From contig OZ024743.1 of NCBI GenBank assembly GCA_964016885.1, forward strand, positions 340,690,001 through 340,754,000: 64,000 nt of DNA, read 5' to 3'. Position numbers and translations under genes: made by a program. Position 1 is the first letter of the stretch. Each line of letters starts with the position of its first letter. Below the pieces are notes generated by a model that was not told the origin of the DNA, searched no databases, and saw only the letters and a program-made list of their open reading frames with translations. Source of the stretch: Eledone cirrhosa (taxonomy: Eukaryota). Shown here piece by piece: positions 26,175 through 38,568 of the stretch.

Positions 26175-28331
26175 CTACCCCCACCCCGGGTCATTATGGG
26201 ATTTGAGGGCGAGGTAAGTCCTACGCAATCTATGTTTACATGCAGTAACCAGTTCATCTTTCTTGTTTAGGAGTTGGTCCATCGAAAACAGCATTTGTAA
26301 AGTTTCCTCCGAGCATAAATTGCACGGACGGCGTCCTCCCGTGTAAGAATTGGCTCTGGACAGTAATCTCCAAGTGAGATCATAGGTGATGTTGTTGTCC
26401 TTGAGGTCCCATATGTGGCCCGAAAGTGTAGTGGCGTGACGCCGGGCCGGGTTTCGGAAGGTATGTCTATGTTGGTATAGCCGGGTCTTGAAGTCACATG
26501 CGGTAAGTCCTATATAGGCTTTGTTGGAGGTATCCGTCCTCACGTTGCACTGGTAGATCACATTACGGTCTCTGCATCTATTGTCGAGTGGGCAAATAGA
26601 TCTATCCGGGCAGTTACACCTCCTGGTCGGTTCTCCACTGCTATTTAGGTTATTTCTGCCATCGGGCTTGAGTTTTTTGTTGTTAGAGGAGACGATGTTT
26701 TGTGCGAAGTTTGGTGTAGTGCTGTAAGAGAGTTTGATGGTATTTTTGTTAATTATGTTGTGGTAGCGGTGTTGTAATGGGAAGTATTTTTCAATGAGCC
26801 TAAAGAATAGTTTCCCGATGGGAGTTGTCACCTCTGCGTTGTGGGGAGGATTGAACCATGTTACATTGCGTGAGCGGCGGTGTCTCCTGCTGGTTCCGCT
26901 AATGGGAGCTGGACAGTAGGATATTTCCTCCCGGAAACCACTCCGCTTGAGGGCCTGGTTGTAATAAGGCGCATGTTCATCGAATATCCGCTCATTAGCT
27001 GACAAACGGGATATGCGGAGGGAGATGTTTTTGACCAGGTTGTTTGTGATGTTCCTAGGATGGTTTGATCGGCGGTAGATGTAGTGCAGATTGTCATTAG
27101 GTTTCCTGTATGGGTAGTACAGGTCGTTTTCGAGGTCGAGGGTCACGTCCAGGAAGTTTACTCGGGTCAGGGACGTTTGTAGGGTTATTTTAAATCCCCA
27201 GTCGCGGAAGAATCTGATTAATTGTTTCCGGACCCGATCTGTACTACTGGGGTTGTACCCTTTAAGGGTAAGGAGCCCATCATCACGGTACAATCCACCA
27301 CCGAATGCAGGAAACATATCAGTGAGTTTGGCTATTAGGAATAATCCTATAAGATCTGTGACCTCCGCCGAATCCGTGGCGCCCATGCTGACGTCGAAGG
27401 GTGAGTCGGGAGCTCTTTTTATCCATTTAGAGTCGTCAAAGAGTAAGACTGTCTTCCTGGCGTGGAGGATGATTTTTCTTTCCTGGTCGGTGATGGGCAC
27501 AAGTGTTTCGGCGAAGTCCAAGGCGGCAGTAAGTAGCGGTAAGGTGATTGAAGCATAGTAGCTCTCTATGTCGAACTGTATGAATTTAGTTTCTCGTTTA
27601 TCCTCCATATTGCTGAACCAGGAGATTACTTCCTGGGTGTTGATCCATAGGCTAAGTCGGGTGTGTTGCTTGACTTTTGGTATCACGCGGTCTAGGATTT
27701 TTTTGCTGATTCTCCCTATGTCGGACTTCGTTGGGTTAATAAGCCTGATAGAGGGTTTACGGTCAAAATCAGATTTATGGTCCTTCAGTGTGAAGTATGG
27801 TGTCCGTGGGTCTAGAAGTTCCGTGCGGTCGGCGACCCCGAGGCTGGAGGTGATTTGTTGTCCATCTCGATTTATGTCCTCGATGCAAGAGTGGTTGGCC
27901 TTTTTATAGGTGGAGTTTAGGCTGCTCCTGATCAGTGTGTGGTATATGTCAGGGTTGACAAAGTATAGGTTCCCAGTTTTATCCGAATGCACCATGATGT
28001 CATTTGTGTTATCATACTCTGTTAAGTTGCTACGGAGTTTTTGTAGGAATCGGTTGTGTCTGGGTTTAAATTTAATGTTCTTGACCAGTTGGAAGAGGTC
28101 ATTCTCGAAGGGTGCGAGCAAGGGGTTCAGGGGCGGAGATTTGTAGGTAATAAATCCGAATCTCTCCTTGGTGCCGAAGTCTTGGTTGTCGCAATATCTG
28201 TCATAGAAAAAAGTTCTCCATCTAAGTCTTTTCGCAAATAGATCGATTTTTTGCGTGAGCATCCGAAGGTAAAGTTTTTTCGGTGGGATTGGGATGTTCT
28301 TGGTAGAGAAGTCAATGTTGTGTTTTCGCAT
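26175..28331 (-). CDS. PLE polyprotein: reverse transcriptase plus Cys-rich linker plus C-terminal GIY-YIG endonuclease (718 aa from MRKHNIDF)
   Basis: FIQFDIESYY, DVSMGA, GLYRDDGL, VNFLDVTLD (RT); CNCPDRSICPLDNRC; VIYQC..AYIG, RLYQH, CNLCSEE, LLN (GIY-YIG). The ORF-track start at 28481 runs into the inverted arm. Confidence 0.93.
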   Translation of the reverse strand: MRKHNIDFSTKNIPIPPKKLYLRMLTQKIDLFAKRLRWRTFFYDRYCDNQDFGTKERFGFITYKSPPLNPLLAPFENDLFQLVKNIKFKPRHNRFLQKLRSNLTEYDNTNDIMVHSDKTGNLYFVNPDIYHTLIRSSLNSTYKKANHSCIEDINRDGQQITSSLGVADRTELLDPRTPYFTLKDHKSDFDRKPSIRLINPTKSDIGRISKKILDRVIPKVKQHTRLSLWINTQEVISWFSNMEDKRETKFIQFDIESYYASITLPLLTAALDFAETLVPITDQERKIILHARKTVLLFDDSKWIKRAPDSPFDVSMGATDSAEVTDLIGLFLIAKLTDMFPAFGGGLYRDDGLLTLKGYNPSSTDRVRKQLIRFFRDWGFKITLQTSLTRVNFLDVTLDLENDLYYPYRKPNDNLHYIYRRSNHPRNITNNLVKNISLRISRLSANERIFDEHAPYYNQALKRSGFREEISYCPAPISGTSRRHRRSRNVTWFNPPHNAEVTTPIGKLFFRLIEKYFPLQHRYHNIINKNTIKLSYSTTPNFAQNIVSSNNKKLKPDGRNNLNSSGEPTRRCNCPDRSICPLDNRCRDRNVIYQCNVRTDTSNKAYIGLTACDFKTRLYQHRHTFRNPARRHATTLSGHIWDLKDNNITYDLTWRLLSRANSYTGGRRPCNLCSEETLQMLFSMDQLLNKKDELVTACKHRLRRTYLALKSHNDPGWG

Positions 28332-28428
28332 GGTGCGGGTGAAATGAATTGAGCTTAGTGGAAAAGTCTGGATACGGCGTGGTAGGGTCGGAAAGTGCTC
28401 TACTACGGGAGTAGGAGCTAGATAACGA

Positions 28429-29440
28429 AGTAAACTTCCTGGACGTGACCCTCGACCTCGAAAACGACCTGTACTACCCATACAGGAAACCTAATGACAA
28501 TCTGCACTACATCCACCGCCGATCAAACCATCCTAGGAACATCACAAACAACCTGGTCAAAAACATCTCCCTCCGCATATCCCGTTTGTCAGCTAATGAG
28601 CGGATATTCGATGAACATGCGCCTTATTACAACCAGGCCCTCAAGCGGAGTGGTTTCCGGGAGGAAATATCCTACTGTCCAGCTCCCATTAGCGGAACCA
28701 GCAGGAGACACCGCCGCTCACGCAATGTAACATGGTTCAATCCTCCCCACAACGCAGAGGTGACAACTCCCATCGGGAAACTATTCTTTAGGCTCATTGA
28801 AAAATACTTCCCATTACAACACCGCTACCACAACATAATTAACAAAAATACCATCAAACTCTCTTACAGCACTACACCAAACTTCGCACAAAACATCGTC
28901 TCCTCTAACAACAAAAAACTCAAGCCCGATGGCAGAAATAACCTAAATAGCAGTGGAGAACCGACCAGGAGGTGTAACTGCCCGGATAGATCTATTTGCC
29001 CACTCGACAATAGATGCAGAGACCGTAATGTGATCTACCAGTGCAACGTGAGGACGGATACCTCCAACAAAGCCTATATAGGACTTACCGCATGTGACTT
29101 CAAGACCCGGCTATACCAATATAGACATACCTTCCGAAACCCGGCCCGGCGTCACGCCACTACACTTTCGGGCCACATATGGGACCTCAAGGACAACAAC
29201 ATCACCTATGATCTCACTTGGAGATTACTGTCCAGAGCCAATTCTTACACGGGAGGACGCCGTCCGTGCAATTTATGCTCGGAGGAAACTTTACAAATGC
29301 TGTTTTCGACGGACCAACTCCTAAACAAAAAAGATGAACTGGTTACTGCATGTAAACATAGATTGCGTAGGACTTACCTCGCCCTCAAACCCCATAATGA
29401 CCCCGGGGGGGGGGGGGGGGCGGGTAGACTAGGGCTATAA
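28429..29440 (+). pseudogene. Inverted duplicate of the PLE thumb and GIY-YIG region (RT palm absent)
   Basis: Near-identical to the C-terminal ~330 aa of the 26175-28331 ORF. Confidence 0.9.
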
Positions 29441-30534
29441 CACCCCACTTGCCGATTTTGCAATGGGTAACCCCTGCTTGCCAAGGAAGACGTAAGATCT
29501 TCTTTGTATTCTTTTATCGCTTCCTTTATTTCCTTCCCCCCCTCTCTCCTTAGTCCTTCTACCCCAGCTCTTCTCCTTTGTCGGCGTCTTTTCTCGCCCA
29601 CCCGAGGCTGCCCTTTGGCCCCTTGTAGCCTTAGTACCCCCACCCCCTCCCCTAGTCTATGATAGATTTGGCGGACTCCGCCCTTTATAGCAGTTGGCTT
29701 AGACCCCGGATACTTGCCCCCTTTTTCCGACCGCTCCCACTATTCTCTGTGCCCTCTATATTTCTTAGTGGCACTTATGCCTTATTTTTTCGTTTCAGTA
29801 TTTCTTTCTTCGCTTTTCTTTTGGGCGGGGTGGATTCTGAATTTATTTTTCCGTATTCTACCTTTATTTCGTACGAACTTTCATGTAGCTTGTTTTAGAT
29901 CTTTTAGAGTTAGCATTAGTATATATTTTTCTCGGGACTCAGAATTATTATCTCGTACAAGTTCACTTTGCTGCACTGGGTGGTTGCTGGCATTGTGCCA
30001 GGGATGGAAACCTTTATTGTTTATTTCGTGGTAGTCTCTTTAGTATTTTGGCCCCTTTTGTTGACCTGTCACCGTATCATTTACGTACTTATACCTCTTA
30101 AAAGGGTCCTTGCCTATCCGTCCCACCTAGTTCTTTTACTTATTTCGTTATTTCTTTATTTCATTCTTTACTTCTTTCTTTCTTTATTTTATTCTAGCCT
30201 AACAATAGCTAGAGACCTAGGTCGTAGAATTTAATTTACTTTACTTTTTTCTTTACACTTATTTGCTTTTCTTCACTCTCAGTATTTTTTCTTTCCTATA
30301 TATTTCTACCCCCCATTGTTCTACCTACCGTTCCGACTTCCTCCCCCTCACCCTCCCCTGTATCTTCTTTGACCTCATGCCCAGCTGTAGCTGGCACTAC
30401 CAACGCTTGATTGGGTCTACTCCACCCCTCCCCTCTTTCTCCTACTGGCAGGTTTAGCCACCATCTCCCCTACTAATTTGCAACCACAGAATTACTACTG
30501 ATTTTTGACAATCACTTTGACCATATATGGAATT

Positions 30535-30628
30535 ACCCCTTGAGAAGATCGGCTATTTAAATACCAGGATAAATTTTCATTTAGTCCAGAATTAGCCGTC
30601 GAAACGGCTTGAGTTCAGCTGTCGGGGT
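30535..30628 (+). ncRNA. PLE 3' HHR, U3-A8 core
   Basis: ACCCC-TTGAGAA-GATCGGCTA...TAGCCGTC-GAAA-CGGCT...AGCTG-TC-GGGGT; GUC site 17 nt before (TA)n. Confidence 0.75.
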
Positions 30629-30638
30629 CTTACTGGTT

Positions 30639-30724
<86 letters not shown>

Positions 30725-30828
30725 TATGTATATATATATATATATATACATATATATGTATATATATATATATATATATAATATATATACACATAATATA
30801 TATATATACATATAAAAATATATATATA

Positions 30829-30925
<97 letters not shown>

Positions 30926-31559
30926 TGTTATACTTTGGGAAGGTCATGCTGCCAATAAAAAAACACACGCACTTGGGTTTCACTTCAATTTATGATAATT
31001 TCCCTGTCGGTTACTTTACTAACCTGATGGTTGTTTATTTGCTGATTGTAATCAAAGCTCTTCTGTCACACATTCTTTGACCTCCCTAGTGTCCACGCTT
31101 GTTGTTAAAAATCCGCAATTGGCTTACGTAAGCTCATGCAGCGCTGATACATGGAGAAATAGTATGCCTTCCAACAGATAACTGGCAGAATGTCAGTAGG
31201 CACCTCTCGAACTACATCCAGGCAATGCAACCCCACAACACAACACAAGAGAAATAACACCGCAAGAGCATGAGGAAAGAGAGAAAAACCCAACGTTCAC
31301 ATGATGAGGTGGTCTAGCATAATGCAGCTTAATAAGTGTACAGCTAACAACTACCACGCCTGTAAGGACTTCACAAAAGCCACACAACAAATAGTGATCC
31401 AGTTACAGGACCACCAACAGGGCCTGCCTGTGGAGCCAACATTGCCAGCAACTACAGGCAATTCTCCTTCTTCTCATGATCATACTCCCCATAATTGAAA
31501 TGTCCCCAGTCATATGTGACAGTAAGGAAGACCTCCTCAGCAGAATCAACGAATGCAAC

Positions 31560-31645
31560 CTACTGGGGACCCGAAGGCTTTACAATAGGTAGCAAGGATG
31601 TGGTGTCCCTATATACATACATTAACGTAGATTTTCCTGTGGAAA
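31560..31645 (+). mobile_element. Decayed PLE-type RT fragment
   Basis: [14 protein letters not shown] resembles the PLE/TERT motif A (SFDVVSLYTNI). Confidence 0.45.
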
Positions 31646-31683
31646 TTTATATTTCCATATATAAATATATATATTATATCTCC

Positions 31684-31813
<130 letters not shown>

Positions 31814-32378
31814 TGTGTGTGTGTGTGTGTGTGTGTCCATTATACACACACACACATACTAATATTAACATTTGTACTGCCTCTTCGCTTCCACGTTGTA
31901 TTTTTGTTTTCTGTTTACTGTTCCAACTTTAATATATCTAGTATACTACTAAAACTCTGATCTTGATTGCTTAGAGTCATACGGGTTTTCAAGGAAACAC
32001 CTTTCCTCTATTCTCCAGGTTTGTCTGTTTGGTTACATACAGACTAGCTGGACACTCACAGTAAAGTGTCCAGTGAAAAACTCGGTACATGTACATATGT
32101 ATACGTGTGTGTATTTATATGCATATTAGTATTTCAGTATACATATGTGGATGTACACTTTTAACTTAATTGTTTAAGCGTCAGTCATACAAAAGTGAGT
32201 TACAAACGAAACGAAATTTAATTTCGTTTCGTTATTTGTTTTTATCGTTTCCGCTGAACCGGTGCGTACAATGACTCACGTTCTATGCAAATTAGTCTGC
32301 CCACTACTAATTTTCATAGAAAAAGCATATAACGATATATGCTTTTACGATTCTCTAGAGAAGCCGGAAGATGGGTAT

Positions 32379-32421
32379 ATATTGCTGATGAGATGTAATA
32401 ACATCGAAACTAGTCCAATAT
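32379..32421 (+). ncRNA. Canonical minimal type I HHR
   Basis: ATATTG-CTGATGA-GATGT-AATA-ACATC-GAAA-CTAG-TC-CAATAT; all stems perfect, flanking stems extend helix I. Confidence 0.9.
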
Positions 32422-32636
32422 TCCTGTCTGGCTCTCTGGAGAATAGAGGAAAGGTGTTTCCTTGAAAACCCGTATGACTCTAAAACCCGGTTTGTCTGTT
32501 TGGTTACATACAGACTAGCTGGACACTCACAGTAAAGTGTCCAGTGAAAAACTCGGTACATGTACATATGTATACGTGTGTGTATTTATATGCATACTAG
32601 TATTTCAGTATACAGATGTGGATGTACACTTTTAAC

Positions 32637-32716
<80 letters not shown>

Positions 32717-32788
32717 TATATATAGAGTTATAACCTCAAACAGTCTTTTACAATTAAATATCTCAAAGAAAGATTTCTGAGCCGTAAA

Positions 32789-33314
32789 ATACAAATGAAT
32801 ATATGATAAACACTAATACAAGTATATAAGTCTTTGTATTGCAAATGACGCAGTTAGCTAGATTGAAAAATACTAATTAAAATAATACAGTTTGCCTGTC
32901 TAGATTTAAAATAATTAATCAAAAAAAATGTTTAGTCCCATAAAACCGGCTGCTATTTCTGGCGGCACGAGTATAGGACTGGCTAGACGCTGGAAAACAT
33001 GTGCGTTCAACAACACGTTTCTCTCAGTCTTCCTAAGTATTTTGAAGTGAAACATACCAATTTTTGGATACCTGCAGCTGAGCACAGAATTGGAATTTAC
33101 ACTTATTGTTGCGAAACAGATTTGAGTTTTGATATTAAATCTGTCCAGGTATCACGGCTATTGCCAATATGGGTTTGTTTTTATTGATTTATTATTTTAA
33201 ATCGAGACAGGCAAACTGTATTAATTTAATTAGTATTTTTCAATCTAGCTAACTTGGTCATTTGCAATACAAACACTTATATACTTGTATTAGTGTTTAT
33301 CATATATTCATTTG

Positions 33315-33317
<3 letters not shown>
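32789..33317. mobile_element. Fold-back insertion (~140-bp arms) with an HHR-like fold in the spacer (33067-33153)
   Basis: GATACCTG-CAGCTGA-GCA...TGC-GAAA-CAGATTT...AAATCTG-TC-CAGGTATC. Confidence 0.65.
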
Positions 33318-33380
<63 letters not shown>

Positions 33381-33386
<6 letters not shown>

Positions 33387-33581
33387 TAAGAGGAATTCCA
33401 ACTTTGTCTGATTTACTCGTTTTATTTACAATCCTTTAAAATTTATAATGGTATTATAATGAAATAGTATGATAGAATTTAATATTCTATCATACTATTT
33501 CATTATAATACCATTATAAATTTTAAAGGATTGTAAATAAAACGAGTAAATCAGACAAAGTTGGAATTCCTCTTATTAATA
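33381..33581. repeat. Perfect palindrome, 98-bp arms, between (TA)n tracts
   Basis: 33381-33478 is the reverse complement of 33484-33581. Confidence 0.9.
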
Positions 33582-33610
33582 TAATCTTCTATACACAATC
33601 ATACACACCC

Positions 33611-33706
<96 letters not shown>

Positions 33707-33718
33707 TATATATATATA

Positions 33719-33759
<41 letters not shown>

Positions 33760-33760
33760 T

Positions 33761-33843
<83 letters not shown>

Positions 33844-33916
33844 CACGTAATGCGGTTAATCAATTATTATAATATGACGCACTACATGAAATAGCGTTAT
33901 TATAATATATAATTTA

Positions 33917-34106
33917 GGGCGGTGGATTGGCAGTATCGGTAGAGGGTCGGACACCATGCTTTGATGCATAGAATTACGGCCCTTGCCATTCTAAGTTCAA
34001 ATCCCGCCAAAGTTAACTTTGCATTTCATCCTTATGGGGTCGATAAAATTAAATACCAGTTATGCACTATGTAATTGCTGGCCTTGTGCCAAAAGTATAA
34101 ACAATT
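33917..34106 (+). mobile_element. Full-length SINE
   Basis: Consensus match. Confidence 0.88.
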
Positions 34107-34112
34107 AGAATA

Positions 34113-34722
34113 TACTAGCACTGCTACCCGGGGTTGCACGGGATAAGGTATTTTGGAAGGCGGGCCGCCCACAGACTTAATCGTGGAAAAACTACATGCC
34201 TGGACAATATGTAAAGAAAATAAACCGAATACTCTGATGGCTGGATAATCTTTAACATTTTCCTCGATGAAGCAGGAAAAATGCAGGTTTTCACCTAATG
34301 CGGGCCCTAGGGGATCAAGATAATGAATTTTTTTATGTGCATAATATGCCTTGAAATTTCGGGAAAATCGGCTAGACGTAACGCCTCCAAAAAGTCCTAA
34401 AAAGCTGAAAAAATGAAGCTTTTCACCTAATACGGGCCCTAGGACATAAAAACGTTAGATTGTCTTTGCTAACGTTATGAAGAAGAGACTGACTAATACA
34501 TAGTTACAATTTCAAGGAAATCGGTCTGACGTAACGCCTCAAAAAAACCCATAAAAAGCTTAAAAAAACGTAGTTTTTCACCTAAAGTGGGCTCGAAGAG
34601 ATCAAACACTCTCTAAGAGATCATAAGAGATCATAAGACTCCCTGAAACATAATTAATACACATGTAAAGTTTGAAAAAAATCGGTTCGGTACTTCTCGA
34701 GTTTTAGGGATTCAAACTCACA

Positions 34723-34821
<99 letters not shown>

Positions 34822-35130
34822 ACACATCCTCAGGGAAGTGACGTAATGCAGCCAGTCAGACATACAGACAGATATTATAAGGGCGCGACGTTATATGTAT
34901 GTATCTATCTAAAAAGAGACAGACTAAGAATTATAGAGAGAGATCGCTAAATCGCCCAATGCGGTCCCTAAGGCATTGAAAGTTTGAAATTTCTTTTGCT
35001 CAAAACACTCCTTGAAACATAAGTATTACATGTGTAAAGTTTGAAAACAGTCGGTTGGGTGGTTGTCGAGTTTTAGGTATTCAAACTCACACACACACAG
35101 ACAGACATCCTCAGTTATATATATATAGAT
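34113..35130 (+). mobile_element. Helentron-associated non-autonomous element (HINE/DINE-1-like)
   Basis: Starts TACTAGC..TACCCGGGGTTGCACGGG (short hairpin); internal AAATTTC..AAATCGG repeats; CA/CAGA microsatellite; ends TATATATAGAT. Confidence 0.6.
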
Positions 35131-36015
35131 AAGTTACACATGAGTTTGTAGTTCTTCCCTATATTTCAGAATGGCTTTTATATATGTATGTAGAATATAA
35201 ATATATCAAGTCAAACGGAAGTAAAATAATGTAGTAAAAGAAAAAATTGTAAACATATTTGTCGTATAAACTAAATTTGACGTATATTCCTTGAAAATAT
35301 CTTATCAAAATAGTTTTTGAAATCATTTTTATTAGCCATTCTTTTCATATTACTTTTTCTAATGGACTTGCTTAATTCTTTCAAGAATTGGATCATAGTT
35401 TGTCGCTTCTTGCCTGAAATTTTCAGCAGCGTGAAATCTTTTCTGAGAGTGTTGCAAAATCATATTGCTTTTTGGAGCGTTCTCTCGCTCGGTATTCATT
35501 GGCTCGCTGTTGATCGATATTAACGATTAACAGCAATCTTAAAGATATTGTTTGTTGCAATCGATGTTAACGAGAGTGTTACCACTTGATATTTGTCGAA
35601 TCTACTCCACTAATGCTTAATTCATGTAGAATGATGATCATTTCATTACAGGCTATGGCTATATGCTGGTTAAATTCAGCAAAATAATTTGTGTAATGAA
35701 GCTAATTTTCTCCTGTAGCTCTCATGCCACTTGCTGCTACGACTGTAGTATAATTTCAACAGCAACTAATAACCAACTAATAAAAACTTTGTTTATCTTG
35801 CGTATTATCTTCTATTGCTTTAAGTTAATTTTTTCGTCTCAACACATTCTAAAACTTTTACATTTTACTATTTGTTCATATATTTCTCATTCTATTTTCT
35901 GATCAAGGCCTAGCGTCCGAAACGTTAAGACTCTATTTATACTCTATCAAGAGTTAAACTAATATATATCTTTATTATACTGTGTAGTTTGGTTTATTGT
36001 CTTCCGTTTACTTTT

Positions 36016-36111
<96 letters not shown>

Positions 36112-36412
36112 CAAACACTGTATTTTTGTTGGATCACCAGTCTGAAGATCAATAATGGAGTTGGGACCATAACCTCTATGGGTAACTTTCGGCCAATCCT
36201 CTGCGAAATGTGCGTAATAAGGTGATACATAATAACAAACTAACTACATGTAAACGAAACTTCATCGTTTTTCTTAATATATACACTCTGCCTTTTCATC
36301 GAGTGCTCATATTGGTACCACCTGCAGTAATTCACTGAGTAACATACACTATATATATACATACATGTGAACATATATACATACATTTAAACATATATAC
36401 ATACATGTGAAC

Positions 36413-36504
36413 ACATATCTGAGGAGCTTCCGTTTCCAGAGTCAGGATCTATCATTAATCGATCGTTCATCGAGCTGATCGGCAGTGAAACATATGTAAT
36501 ATGT
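36413..36504 (+). ncRNA. Type I hammerhead ribozyme
   Basis: ACATAT-CTGAGGA-GCTTCCG...CGGCAGT-GAAA-CATATG-TA-ATATGT. Confidence 0.75.
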
Positions 36505-36546
36505 AATTAAATATGTATATGATGCAACACTGATTCTTTGTTCCCT

Positions 36547-36728
36547 TGGATTGGCAGTATCGGTAGAGGGTCGGACGCCAAGCTTTCCAGCATAGTTACG
36601 TCCCTTTACGATCTGAGTTCAAATCCCGCCGAGGTTGACTTTGCCTTTCATCCTTACGGGGTCGATAAAATAAAGTACCAGTAATACACAGGGTAATTAC
36701 TGGCCTTGTGCCTAAAGTAGAAACAATT
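36547..36728 (+). mobile_element. SINE
   Basis: Consensus match. Confidence 0.88.
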
Positions 36729-36822
36729 ATTATTAATACTCTACTCCCCACGAGCATCGAGTGCACATATCGGCATACCGCCCACGGACGCAATTAATTT
36801 GCACCTCTAATAGCTATATATG

Positions 36823-36907
<85 letters not shown>

Positions 36908-37031
36908 GTGTGTGTGTGCGTATCCTGGGTTCAATTGGGGGGTAACCACAGTAAGTAAGGTACCCAATGCATAGCAGAGTATACATATCTAATATAGAAA
37001 TGGCTTCTACATGACTAGAACTGTTTCATCC

Positions 37032-37078
37032 TTTCCTGATGATTTCTTTCCAATGAAACAGTTCTAGTCCTGTAGAAG
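37032..37078 (+). ncRNA. HHR-like motif in a small fold-back (37000-37082)
   Basis: TTTC-CTGATGA-T..T-GAAA-CAG...CTG-TA-GAAG; stem II weak. Confidence 0.45.
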
Positions 37079-37483
37079 CCATGTCTTTATATATATATAT
37101 ATATATATATATGTACTCTCATATACGCAGTATTAACGTTTTATGATGAGAGGTTTAATGTGCCAATACGCACCCTGGTTGTACTTCCCTTCGGATATAT
37201 TTAGATAGTTAATTAATTAATCAATCTTTTAATAGGATGAATGATGAATGGATTAAATAATTAGGTGTGTAATTAATCGATAATAAATATAATGTGAGAA
37301 ATTTATTGGTAGGGTGCCACTCCTAACGTAAACATTATTTGTTTCGGATCAAGTTTCCGTATCAAGAATTTTGATGAAAGACAAATTTACGCACACACGC
37401 AGACACACACACACACAGACGCACTCACAGACACACACAGACACACACACACACACAAACGCACACACACAGACACACTCACA

Positions 37484-37522
<39 letters not shown>

Positions 37523-38233
37523 ATACACACAGAACAGACACACATACTCACTCACACGCACAGGCACACTCACATACACACACGCACGCGCGCACACACA
37601 CAGGCACATTCACATACACATACGCACGCACACACACACACAGACACATTCACACACGCACACATACACACAGACACACACACCCCTATACACGCACTGA
37701 CACACACACAGATCCAATAAAATTGTAGTTAGCCGTCTAGATATGTTCCTAGAAATGCAAAGTTAAATGAAATGAAACTCGCGCTACCGGGGCTCATTAT
37801 AATATGCCATAAATGGAGATAACAGCTTGAGAAACCGTATTTAACTGTGACAAGTCCACAAATGCATATGTTAGACGAGAAATTCGTTTTTCACCCTCCA
37901 ATAACTTAGTGCGTGTAGATGACCACACTCAATGTGATGTCATATATTGTAATGTGCAGTTATAATAACTTCAGAAAACAAGTTTAATTAATTAAGACGG
38001 AATGTTACAATAAAATTATAATCCAGGTTGGGTTATCCAATTTTATTCACTAGTACACAACCTTACTTACCATTAATCCAGTTAAAAAGCAGCAATCAGA
38101 TATAAAGCAATGGAAGACATTCGAAGGTAAGAAGAAAACAAACAGAATAAATGTGGGTAAGAGGAAAAACAATGTTCTCGCTCTTTATTTCTCCCCCTCT
38201 CTCTCACTCTCTCAATATATATATATGTATATA

Positions 38234-38305
<72 letters not shown>

Positions 38306-38568
38306 GTTGAGCAATGTAAATAGTTAAGACAAGGTTTTGTAGTTAATCTGTTGTTTTACGATCATTTCAGAGGGCAACATATACAAACATTTTATCGCTA
38401 TATTGACAAATCATTAGCAGGTATGCACCCACACAGTATTAGCCTCGACAAAATAAATCCGTTCCACTTTATTATTGCTAACTATCTATCTATTTATTTG
38501 GCTCAAGGACAAAACACATAACCCGCACACTATCTATCTATCTCTATCTATCTATCTATCTATCTATC

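Larger units (their letters stand above)
24963..30640. mobile_element. Young Penelope-like element with 2.2-kb inverted duplication of its 3' half
   Basis: 24963-27162 mirrored at 28429-30640 with only scattered substitutions; right end joins (TA)n. Confidence 0.95.

Noticed and set aside
28332-28481. N-terminal 50 aa of the 768-aa ORF
   Set aside because: Begins inside the inverted arm (junction ~28429); the first ATG within the element is at 28331
35895-35930. CTGATCAAGG...CCGAAACGTT motif (also CTGATGA at ~17078 and ~60301)
   Set aside because: Missing G8, GAAA or stem III; cannot be folded into a full HHR
38475-38568. Start of the 1063-aa ORF
   Set aside because: Flanking DNA and (TATC)n read in frame; the element is 5'-truncated
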